Shown here: positions 1-11,865 of the stretch, piece by piece | How positions within the stretch are numbered: the first letter of the stretch is position 1 | Layout: each line of letters starts with the position of its first letter | NCBI RefSeq assembly: GCF_000181795.1 | Contig: NW_003526941.1 | Span: 9,802,605-9,856,958, forward strand | DNA: 54,354 bases | Direction: 5' to 3' | Origin: Trichinella spiralis | Lineage: Eukaryota | The notes under the pieces: generated by a model | The model's database searches: none | What the model was told of the DNA's origin: nothing | The model's input: only the letters and a program-made list of their open reading frames with translations | Program-made: the position numbers and the translations under genes

Positions 1-181
1 TTATAAAAATGAAAAAAAATTTTGTTTCTACAAAGGTTGTCATTATACAATTACTTAATTGTTATCTTAATGTTTGCATGTTGACATGTAAGAATGCATG
101 TTTGACATGATACTTTTTTTAAAAAAGCTTTGAAATATAATTTTTAAAAATCAGTTAATGCTAATTAACACTTTTTAACAG

Positions 182-1172
182 AGGACACAATTTAGGCATA
201 TATAATGAAAGAAAGAAATTTGCGGGAATCAAATTTTATCAGTGAAAAAAATTGAATTGCTTCAGCATTTAATTATGCATGATGTGAACAGTAAAAGAAA
301 AAAATTTTTTGTTACAATACAACGAACAGTTGCTTTTTTTTTATTTGCTAGACACGGTAATTTTGTTAATAGAATCAAACGTGAAAATTACAGAAACTGA
401 ATTATAATTATTTGTTGCTTACAAAGCGTAATTTACTTGTAATTTCACCGAATGGAGAAGTGATATTTTTTGTTTTGTCCAAAGAAAAAAAATTCTGCAA
501 AATCGTTTTAATGCTATCGCACAAATGGAATTTGCAAATATTGGAAATGAAATTTTTTTGAAACTTTCCCCAAAAAAATGAATATTGTAAACAGACAGAG
601 CAGAGTTTGCAAAATCATGCAGGCTTGTAACGCAGATGAATAATACAACAGAGCTCGAGAAGAAGCTGAATAGCTAACTTGAAGTTGCATTTCTTTTTTT
701 TTGCAATTTTCAAATTTGAACAATATTTTTCAGTCAAACTTGCAATTTGATTTGATTAATTTGAATTTTTGAAAATTCGAGCTGTCATTTGAATCGAACC
801 AACAGAAAGAACTGACAGATGCGCGAATGTCTTGAATTTGCAGTTGATTTTAAAAAGTGATTTTCTGCTTTGCATCCGCTTTTTCTGCTAAAGAACAGTT
901 TTGCCAAAATGTGAAAATTGCGCAAAATTGAACCGACAACAAAAAAAAGTGTTGTTTACTTCGTTTATTGATTGCAAATGATAAAAATAAAATATGCAGA
1001 AATCAGTGTTGATATTTTATTTTGAAAGTGAAAAATGTTGTGTGCATATTTTAAATCTTTGATCTAACCGCCGAGCGTTGTGCTGTTGTTGACAGCTTAA
1101 CAGATGAAGAGCACAGTTTCAAAAATAATGATAAAATTGATTTCAATTTTATCACAGAGAACGACTGCTCAG
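182..1172 (+). pseudogene. Possible decayed multi-exon gene with Cys-containing, PAN/apple-like fragments
   Basis: Segments bounded by plausible acceptors and donors (ttaacag| ~181, ttgctag| ~351, CAG|gtaata ~1172) give fragments such as AKSF*CYRTNGICKYW, MRECLEF, CFASAFSAKEQFCQ and FDLTAERCAVV, broken by stops and frameshifts. Confidence 0.25.
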
Positions 1173-4100
1173 GTAATAAACTATTTTATGCATTTTTAGT
1201 TTTTTATTGCGTCCATTTGGAAAAATTTACTTTCAATTATCCCACAAGAAGAGAACACTTTACATTTGTTGCTATTAAATTGACAAAATTGCTCCAAGGG
1301 TTTTCATATTTCTTTTTTTTCTTTTTACACTTTTGATAATAATTATTTAAAAATGAAAAAAGAAAACTCTTTTGATAAAATTAAAATGAAAAACAAAAAT
1401 GAACAAAACTTCACTTGCATATTTGTTGTTGTTGTTGTTGTTGACAATTAATTCTATAATATTAAATATGAGAAATTAGCATTTTAGCGTCGTGTGAAAA
1501 TTAATAAATGAATGAATGAATGCTTGCAATTAGCAGAATTATGATCAATTGGAAAACGACACAAATATTACCATATTCACAAGTTGGAAATGCAATAACA
1601 ACAACAACAACAACAACATAAAATATCCCTTTTTAACAAAGTTATCATCATCGTGAAACCAAAGACATGCGTGCTATGTGAAAAGAAAATTAATTAAACT
1701 TGAAAAAATTCTTAAAGCTTATTTTGTTACAAGCAAAAAAATAAAGTACAACTGTATCATCCATCCTTTATGCAAATTGAATAATAAATTAAAATGAAGT
1801 TAATTCCAATATTTTAAATACACTTTTTTTATTAAAAATAATTTAAATAACAAATATTTTCAAGTAAAACTTTATACAAAAATTATATTATCTATTCATT
1901 TATTTTTTGTATTAATAATTTTTACATTTTCTTCTCCAGCATGAGTAATTTACGTCAGTTTTAACAATGTTTGCGTCAGGTTTAGATATTTATTGAAATC
2001 AATATTGCCAGATGCTTAAGAAAATGGGTCGATCTTAGCTAGTTGAACATTTACGTAAACAATAAAAACGTTCACTACAACACTTGGGAATATGAAATTT
2101 ACCAAAAATGTATCTAATTAATTCAATTTTTATTATTATAAATTTTTACTGGAAATTTTATATTTGATTAAAAATTGTCGTCTGTTCTTGTCGAGCATAT
2201 TAAGAATATTTGGATATGAATTTGTAAATTTCTTGTCTGTTTTCAATTGAAATAGTCAATTTTTGCATATTTTAGTGCAGTATAAAAGTAGAAAAAGCAA
2301 ATATACGGCAAGATACAGGCAGTTGATAATAGGTAAGTATTGATATTGAAGGTAGAAAAGGTGATTCTGATGAAAAGATGTGTATTTTTCTTCTTTTTTG
2401 AATAAATTTGTATGCATAAAAGATGAAACAGAACACGATACAAATTTATCAAGTCAAATTGTCAGTTTGAATTTTCGTCAACAGGAAGGCAAAAATATAC
2501 GTAAATGAAAATAAATCATCAAACGGCGGCCAAATGACGACATCAACGAAGAAGAAGAAGAAGAAGAAGCAATTTAGGCGCTAATTGGGAAAAGGGAAAA
2601 GTTGTCAGTTGAAAGCCAATGTCCACAATGCATACAGATCAGAAAATGTTGTCACGTGTCAGGCGTGTCGGATTTCAGATCAATTTATTAATTGCTTGTC
2701 AAATCATTCGGCTGGAATTTTTATTTATTGTCTGCCAGGAAAACTTATCCGCTGGCCAAACAGCCAAGCTGAACCTTATCGACCGAGATTTTGATTTTCG
2801 GTTGCTTGTTGTAGTAATCGAATAATATGAAACAACAGAAATTTGCCTTTGTGTTGGTAAAGCTAAAGTCCTTGAAAAAGTGAAAAATGTTACTATTACA
2901 ATCAAAAAGGATATATAGAACAAGAACAATCGTCTTCTTTTCATCGGATGATTTAAAATTTAACCGTGCCCTACACATCCACGCATAATGGAGCAGAGTC
3001 TGTTAGTTTTCAATTATTCATCGTTTGTCCTTTTCCCGTATTTCAGATGTGCACTTTTCCCATCATTTTTCAAGATCACAGATGAAACAGATTTTTAGAA
3101 CATGCCACGCCGACCTTGATCACCAGCCAGCCAGCCAACTTGTTAGCAAACAAGCTGCAAGTACGAGTCGTGCTGGCATTCGTTGTCGACAAATGAATGA
3201 ACAAAAACTGTACTGAAACAGCAAAAGCATAATTTATTTAACAACATCCGCTTGAATTATATCATTATATCGATTGTTTAGAATATTGAAGAAGCAGTGG
3301 TCAAAAATATTACCGGCCTCGACTAAATATATATATAAGACCACTACATTTTATTCATTGTTGTTAAACTTTTTTGTATAAATTTTTTAAATTTACACAA
3401 AATTTATAATAGAATAGAATAGAATAGAATATTTTGTGTATTACAGTGCATCAATATTGTGAGCGGTTTTCAGATATCAGTTAGTTTGTATGCAAACATC
3501 GAAGTAACAGAAGTAGAAAATTGTAAATGATTAAAAGCCGTTTCCGCTGTTGTTAACCTGGTAAACGCGTGGAAAGTGAAAGATCGATCAACATCAATTA
3601 TCCGTTCCAAAGAAGCATTCTGTAAGCGATCTGACAAGATCTGAAGCGATGATTAGCCGACAACAACTGCTTTGGAAGTGAAAGACAAGACAATTCTTCT
3701 TCCAAGAAATCCAGGTTTTTTTTTCTTTCCTTTCATTATTTTTATTCATTATTATTTTTTTCTTCGAGCAATGAAATGTGAACAATTAAATAGGCAAAAG
3801 CAATAGGGAAAAGGAATGCTTGCTGCTTTATGCGCATACGCGCGCATTTTCCTTCCCATTCAGTCAAATGTTGTCTTATTAATGTCATTATTATATTAAT
3901 ATTGTTCTGTATTTCAGCATTTCAACAAATTTGCAAAAGTCGGTCGATCTTTCAATAAATTTCCAATTTACATTTCGACGGCTGTCGACCATTTTCAATC
4001 ATGCGCTCAACGCGCGTCTACTGGTCAATGTATGTCCAACATACCCAACGGACGGACCGACACAGACGCATGCGTTCCATGTACTTGTTGTTCAAGAATA

Positions 4101-6939
4101 ATCGATTCCAGCATACCTCGATCTCATCATCGACGTACAAATAAATGAACTAACGCATTCTGTCAACTTCAGAAATTGAATCTCGACTGCTTCACTTCAG
4201 GCAGGTGAAATTAATTTCTCCATCGTCCTGTTCTAGTAGTAATAGTAGTAGTAGTGGTGATGGTGGTGGTAACTTGCATCCCGTAGGGCTTGGTGATTGC
4301 TGGCCGCTTGATCACTATCATCTCTATCTCCTCAGTAGCAATTTTCAAAGTTATGCTGTAAAATAAAAAAGTGAATATAAATAAAAAATTATTTTGCAAA
4401 GAAAAATTTTATTTGTCATTTGTTACTTATAACTTTCTCACGACAGAAAATGAGTGTTTCATTCATTTACTTCAACTTGCACGTATAATTCAACCTTTTA
4501 TGTTGCAACGTTCATAAAATTGCCCTTTCATCATCAGCAGATGTTATTTGATTTTTTTTTCAAAATTTAATTTTATTGTAACACATCAAATTAATTTCAA
4601 TTGCAATACGATTGTATAGTGTAAAAATACAAATTCTATACAATTGTAGTAGATGTTCAAACATCCGCATGGCTAAAGAAAGCGTACGCTTTGTATCATA
4701 CGTAAGGAATATTTATAATTTGATTTAACAATCAACAGCAGCAATTTAAAAAATAAATACTGCACAATGATATATATATATATACCTTTCATCATACATG
4801 ATAGGTTATTTTTTTTGAACAATTTAAGAAATTGAGAAATTCATGAATAGCATGCAGCTAGCTAGCTTCCTTTTGTTAATAAATAAACTTTTGAATGAAA
4901 TTCAGACTTCAGACAAACAGGCTCGCTCCATTGTCACCCAAATTACACACATGGTACGATGACACAGGCTCCCGCAGAACAACACCTGCGCATTTAGAAG
5001 AGAATTTAATAGTGAGCTTGCCGAAAGCTTATTTGGCGTTAGCTGTTCCATGTTTGCGCAGTATCTTCGCCGCTTGGACGGGAGTTGTAAATTTGTGTTT
5101 AAGCATCTGCAAAAAGCGACGACATATACCCCATTCGTGCAAGCTACGGCTGCTGCAAGCGAACATTGTGTTTCTGGCACACACAAAAGAGACGCACACA
5201 CAAACAAGCGTCTCGCCAAGCGCATGTTATCGCGACAAAGCCGGGTGTGGCCGGCCAAAGCTCACCCATGCAACATTATTGCCAATTGTTATTCTCCAAA
5301 AAAAAGAAATAAATTCTTTCTGAATTCTATCAATTTCCATTTCCACTTTACAAGTTACAAAATATGATGAGATATAAACTTTTTTCAAAATTTCAAAAGT
5401 GATTGATTGCAAAATAGATGATTTATCCTAACTGAAACTCATTTATGCTAATACGCTACACAGTGTAAATGATTGATTGAAAATGTTTCTTTTCTTATTA
5501 AAAAAAAAACAATTTGCTGCCATTCAACTTTCATGATAAAAGTTACTTCAACAGCTCAGATCGAAGAGAAAAAAAAATTATTTCCAAGTAAAAAAAACAT
5601 GAATTTTGAAACTGTGCCAAAATATGCCATCAATTGTAAAAGTTTTCTCACGTTTTTTTGCAAACAGTTTGTATTTTTGCAAAAAGTAAAATTAAAAACT
5701 GGCACATATGCTAAAAAGCGTCACGTCACAAAGCTGAGTAAACCGATTGCCAGTTAGCCGAGCTGATTGATCTGATAAAAACAAAATTTTCACTTGATCA
5801 CTTCTTGACAAACACAATGATTTGTATATTTTGAAATTTGAAAAATATGTATCGTTTTAAGAAAAAGAAATAAATAGCAAACATACTGCTTGCTGGTCAT
5901 TTGTCATTCTTTTGTCCGATCAGCTATTTTCAAATTCACGAAACATTCAAGCTTCAATCAACAACAGCAATTTTTCAAATATATTGTCAAAAACAAAAAT
6001 ATATGTGTATAAAATATTCGAGAGAGAAAAATAGAAAGTAAAATCATTTTCATATTTCACTTTCTTGTCTGTCATCATTGCTGTGCTTTGCATATTTGAT
6101 AATGGTGAATATTTTTTTTTAGATTGTATCAATTTCAATTATTTCAATTTTACGTTTATTTTAATAATAATAAAAAAATAAATTCAAAAGCTCTGCTTTC
6201 AGTGGGCGACAAGCGCAGACAGACAGGTCACGCAAAAGTTGTCCCACGCGAATTTTGCTTATTAACTTTGTGCTTCAACGATGACAGAAAGATTTCAAAA
6301 ATCATCGACTAATGATGATAAGCAAAAATGTGAAATAAAGAAAAAATGAATAAATAAAAAAAAGTAATAATAAGTTTGTTGTTAATGATGATATATCTAT
6401 ATGTGTTGAATTGAAATTTTTAAAAAAAGTTGCAAAGAAGCAACGAAAAAAGAATACAAATTCAAATATAATTTTCTTTTTTAAAAGCTGTTCTCTTCCA
6501 ATGCAAGACGGCATTGGCAAATGTGAAACCGACCGCTGTTATGATTCATATTCATAAATCAAAATACAACACCAGCTGCAGTTGACTGTATTTTCTTCTA
6601 TTCATGTTTGATCGATTGTAAAAGTTGTTTGCAAATTATAAAAGCTTCCATTCCAATTGATCCACGCTGTGTTTGTGTAAAATAAAAATTTGAAAAAACA
6701 ACAAAACAAACAATTGTTAATTTTTTTTCTTGTAGCATATTTTGGGAAATTTATTTGTGGGACAAATTCTATTCTCAGTTCTTCTTTTTAGTATCCGATT
6801 GGATTGAATAATATTCACTATTTTTTTTAGTTTCAAATTTTCACTCAATTAGATCAATTATATAATGAAAGGACGCCAAATTTGGAATTGGATTCGCAAG
6901 GTCGTTCGGTATAAGCATTGATTGATTTTCTGCTTCAAA

Positions 6940-7800
6940 CGTCAGGTGCTTGAAACTGAAGCTTAAATAAATGGCAACTGGATGACCAAAAGAGGAGCAA
7001 TTTTAAGCCACTAGCACACATAGAGACAGAGCAAAAGGTTGGAACGTGGTTGTGAAATGTTCCAACAAAATAGACAATAGGTTTTCTTAAATCGAGACAA
7101 AAGCTAGCTAATGGTCAACGGCGCGCCGGCAGATGCAGTCTGGTCGGCGCCAATTGTAGTCCGGCACGAGCCGCGCCGCGGGTTATCGAACCGAAGAAGA
7201 CCAGCCGACCGGAACTCAGCTTACCACAGCTTCATGGATCCATGCCGGGCAGGTGTTTGCATAATCTGACCACGATTGACGCCACCATCTTTGACGAACA
7301 CCTGAAATGTTCAAACTACCCTCGACCACTGTCCATCTACTACTCACTGTGCATGCCACGCACGGTTCAGGCAGCTGTGAGTCGGCGGCCGATCAATAAC
7401 CACTCATTCATTCATCCGACATTACCTTTTTTTCCCTCCTCTTTTGATTTAGTAATTTAACCGTTTTTTCCTCTTTTTATTAATATTGTTGCAAAATTTG
7501 AAAATTATAAAATGAAAATTATTATCATTTCAAACTTTTCCAAAATGTTAAACTTCATATCGTCTCATTTATTTCAATTTAGTTCAATCGTCGTCACAAA
7601 ATGTCTTGTCTACATGTGTGGTTTATGTATGTATGTATGTGTGTGTATGTGTGTTTTGTGCAAGGCCAGAAACTACAACACCAGTATTAACTGACCATAC
7701 GCCAGGTAGCGCTACAATCGCCTTCCAAGCACGCGCGTGTACGCGCCAACGGCGTAGCAGCTGCTTGGAAGCCTGTCGCCTCTGTTGACCGCCAACGCTA
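6940..7800. promoter_or_regulatory. GC-rich upstream island with clustered proneural-type E-boxes (putative egl-46 promoter/enhancer)
   Basis: CAGGTG 6943 and 7250, CAGATG 7130, CACCTG 7299, CAGCTG 7372 and 7758, in GC-rich non-coding sequence within 1.2 kb of the ATG. Confidence 0.45.
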
Positions 7801-8076
7801 AGTCAGTCATTGGTGTCCAGTGCAGTCGCAAAGGCCGGTTGTTCGTATTTGCCCTCTAAGCTGCGACAGCTTCGCAATACAATTCTAATCTGCACCTCTT
7901 TCAATTTTTTGAGTGAGATTCTAGTCATTGTGTATAAAGAAAATTTTTCCATACTCATATACATACAAGCATCTATACTGCAGATACATACTTGTATGAC
8001 ATATGTGTACATAAATTGTTATATATGAGTAAATACTGATATAATATATATAAATATATATATATATGTAAATAAA

Positions 8077-9426
8077 ATGGCGGATGCAAGTCGTGAATTT
8101 CTGGTACATCGATTTGTTGAAGAAAGTCGTCAACGACAATATCCCAACGGTACAGATGGTAAGGTCTGTTCATCAGACAGTGAAGAGCAATCGGAATGCG
8201 GTTCAGACAAAGCTCCTCCGAATGTACAAATTCCCGCTGTGGGTCCGTTTCCATTTGGTGTGCCGTTTCCAAATTCGTTGCAATTAGCCGCAACTTTGGC
8301 ATCACTTGGTCAGATGGGTTTTTTACAGCCGAATTCAAATGGTGCTGCGGCGGCCGCCGCCGCCGCTTGTGCACTTCCGTTTTTATATCCGCATCTTTGC
8401 CAAAGTTTATTGGCATTGCCAAACATGGGTCTGTTGCAAGAAAATCCGTTACAACTGCAAGAAGTGCCGGTTACGCCGAAAGCATCACCAGAACCACAAG
8501 TACCGGTCAAAGTTAATCCTGCTCCGAGTCCGAGAAAACGTTCGGCTACAAAAGTGAATCGTGGCTGTCAAGCAGATAACAATGCTAACAGCAACAGCGG
8601 CAGCAGTAATAACAACAACAGCAAAAACAACAACAATGGGGAAAGTGCAACGAAGAAACAGAGAACTATTCGTCGTCTGCAAGTTGACGAAGAGACCACA
8701 TCACCAGTATCCGGTATGTACATACGCGATGCGAACGATGTTCCACCGGAATTGTTGAACAAAAATGGAGCCAGTGCAGAAGAGCTCGAAGATGAGACAG
8801 CGCTTTGGGTAGAAGCCAGCGAAGAAGCTCGAGCCGAGTTGGCTTTGATTCCAAACCGAATAGGCGATTACATATGCCGACTTTGTAAAGTTCGTTACGA
8901 GGATGCGTTCCGGTTGGCTAGACATCGCTGTCCACGCATTGCACATCAAGAATACCGTTGTCCAGAATGTTCCAAGGTTTGATTATTTAAATGGATAGAT
9001 TATGCTTGCATAAATAAATACATTTGTATTTTATAGGTGTTCAGCTGCCCGGCTAATCTCGCCTCACATCGTCGTTGGCATCGACCAAAGGATAAAGTGA
9101 GTCCACCACAAAGTGTGGTGCAAAACACGTCCATCGAAAGTCCATCCGTTTCAACGCCTGTTGAAGATGATATAGCGGTACCTGAAATGACTGCATTTTC
9201 TACAAATTATGAATGTGAACTTTGTGGAAAACGATTTGACAGTCATCGATTACTGCGCAACCACGCTATTCGACATACCAACTTTGCTATTCTGCCTACC
9301 GATGGGCAAGACGATCAAGAATGTCAGTGCGCAGAGCCGGGATGTGAACTTTGGTTTCCTGCTAAAGATCTACTGGAAAAGCATCGCAGTGCTGCGCATC
9401 CAGCATCGCAAACTCAAAAAGTGTAA
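8077..9426 (+). CDS. egl-46: INSM1/IA-1/Nerfin/EGL-46-family zinc-finger transcription factor (~429 aa, 2 exons: 8077-8976, 9037-9426)
   Basis: A 60-nt GT-AG intron (AAG|gtttga...ttatag|GTG) joins CPECSK to VFSCPANLASHRRWHRP, the hallmark INSM1 finger 2. It also has the atypical first finger YICRLCKVRYEDAFRLARHRCPRIAH, the conserved RRLQVDEETTSPVSG motif and two further C2H2 fingers. Confidence 0.95.
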
Positions 9427-11294
9427 CGGAATGAAGGAAGATTCAGAGAAATTATTCAGTTTATTTTTGTTATTATTTATTTATTTACTGTTGTTGTTGT
9501 TGTTGTTTTCGCTGCTAGTACTGCTATTACTATTATTGCTGTTGTTGTTGCTCTTTTAATTTGGTGATCGAATTGATTATGACGACCAAACCGGGCCGGT
9601 TGTCATATTCAATTTTTTCCCTTCGTATAATAGTTTGTGTCTGTGTGTTTCTGTGTCTATGTACAGATAAATGTGTGCGTATGTGTGTTTGTATGTGGGT
9701 GGGTGTTTCTGTGTATTTATTTAATGGTATATAAAAATGTTCGCTTATTCGAGTTGAGTTTGACAAAAATGAAACAGATGCAGCAAAATTTATTTTCAAT
9801 TAATTGTTCATGTAAAATACCAACAATCAGTTTCTGATTGTTGTAAGAACGTTATACGGATGTATGTTGTGTCTGCGCGTATGCATGAAATGCTCAAATG
9901 ATCTATCGGTATATTGAACATCATTCAGAGATCAAATAAAACTTTCAACCATTTTCACTATGGTTGTTAATATGCAAATATATTCTTTTTTACTGTGTCA
10001 CTAAATGCCATAAGATGGAAAGAAATGAGCAGGGTGGATTCAACAAACATGCTGCTGCTGATCATCGTTACAGTTTGAAAAAGAGACGATCTTTACATCA
10101 ACTGAACTGTATGTATATGTATATATATATATATATTGAAGCTTTTCCAATGTAAATGAGAATTTCAATAAATAAGATGCAATGCAATAAATAAGCTGTT
10201 GTTGTATTGATTGTACAGAAATTAATCATCATTTCCAAGCATGAATCCGATTGAATCACTGGGAAAAGATTCGTTCGGGTCGATTCATTAATGCTTGTGA
10301 AAGCTTTCGGTTAATTGACGACCGCTTGTCCACACCACATACACGCATGTGACTTGCATAATCTTTTCTTCACGTTTTACTTTTATATTTTCTTTTATCC
10401 TTTTGCAAATTTTATTACACAAAAATACCATAAATTGAATAATGCAAATATGTATTTCAAACAAATGCAAATTTGCAAATATTTTTCAACAGTAATGATC
10501 ACTGTTAATGCCGATAATGCATCTGTAGTGAACAGGCTTGTTAAGGAAAATTGTGAAAGATATTTATTTTTTATTTATTACAAAAAAATTTTTTTAAAAA
10601 CATTTTTTTCTTTTTCACTATTTTACATTTCTGAATCAACGTTGTGCTTATTATTATTCACTGCAGCGGCAAAAAGCAAGCAGGAAATGAAAGGAAAAAA
10701 TACAAAAAGAAAGAGATAGAGAGATTGAAGAAGAAGGTGGGAATGAATGAATGATCATTGTCACTATTGATTATCAGTATCGTTCTTATTCGGAAGTGAA
10801 GAACACAAAAAAAAAGAGTGAAAAGAGAAATTATTAATAAATTTCCTACTTGCATCAAGTCTATACTTGGTCTATTTTTGTAAAGCTAAAAATAAAAATT
10901 GAAAATGTAAATAAGGAAATGGGAATTTTTCAAAAAAAAATTTCTCTTCCTTCACGCTAGCATTGTTCAAAATTATTACGCTCATCAAACAACAAAAAAA
11001 GAACAGCTATCATTTTGGGATATTCAACGACACTTGTTTGCATTTGTTTTTTTTGTACATTTGCATGAATTTACAATGAAAATATATTTAAAAAAAAAGA
11101 TTTTCTTTTCCTCGTATGAAAAAAATTAAACTGTTGTTGTTGTTGATGGCTGTTTATTAGCTGGATTGTTGCCGAGAAGATTTGTTAAAGAGAAGCTTTT
11201 TGAATACTGGGATGTAGATTAGCAACGATCGATTAAAGAAAGCAAGCATTCAGCTTTTTGGTCGGGGTCGTTTCCGTTGGTGAGTGGCAAAGCT

Positions 11295-11865
11295 TATAGA
11301 GGGGTAAGAAGAGAGAGAGGGATGGAGGGTAGAGGATAGAGGGTAGAGGATAGGGGAGGAGGGCAGCTGTCGGCGTGTGATTAACAATCGCCCAAAGGAA
11401 CAGAAGGCGAATAGAGAGCAAAAGCAAGAGAGAACGAGTGTACAAATGCCGTTCAACCGACCGAACCGTGAAACAACGATATGCTCGACAATTGATCGGC
11501 CAGCTTTAGCCAAAGGACATCTGAGGTCAGACAGAACGTGCCTAAACAGACGGCCATGGGCCAGCAAATTTTATGATGATGATGATGATTATACTTTTTT
11601 GCAAGACCACTGGCGTTTTTACCACAGCATACAGTCTGTACTGTTTCCGGACCGCCGGCGATGGTGATTCCACCAAACCAACAGCAGCAGCTGTTATCGG
11701 AACGGGATGCGTGAATTTGGCACGTGCCGGAGCTCGTGCTCGACCCAAGCTGACCTCGACCACAAAGCCGCCGTTGAACAGCTGCTCGACCAAAAGCAGC
11801 TGAACAATCCCATCGACCGACCGTTGACCAACAACAACACTGGCGCCGCCCACGCGTGCAGCATT
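11295..11865. promoter_or_regulatory. GC-rich downstream island with E-box and HES-type sites (putative 3' enhancer)
   Basis: CAGCTG at 11364, 11688, 11779 and 11797; CATCTG 11518; TGGCACGTGCC at 11718-11728; CACGCG 11851. No convincing ORF. Confidence 0.4.

Noticed and set aside
2905..2914. Other ATATCCTT-like U12 donor matches on the minus strand (also ~29872 and ~41152)
   Set aside because: Intergenic or antisense to the host gene, with no exon context or matching branch point and AC acceptor.
4895..5367. Overlapping 105-142 aa ORFs on both strands
   Set aside because: No recognisable domain or splice structure; explained by a locally GC-rich, probably regulatory patch.
7973..8949. Antisense and alternate-frame ORFs over egl-46 (similar shadows over the 17-kb ORF, mrps-2, NDUFB6 and DDR)
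   Set aside because: Shadow ORFs of real coding exons.
9209..9559. ORF with a poly-Leu hydrophobic tail overlapping egl-46 exon 2
   Set aside because: Alternative frame running into (TTG/TTA)n simple repeats of the 3' UTR.
11250..11853. Several 70-105 aa ORFs in the GC island
   Set aside because: Low-complexity, no consistent frame or family motif; better explained as non-coding regulatory DNA.
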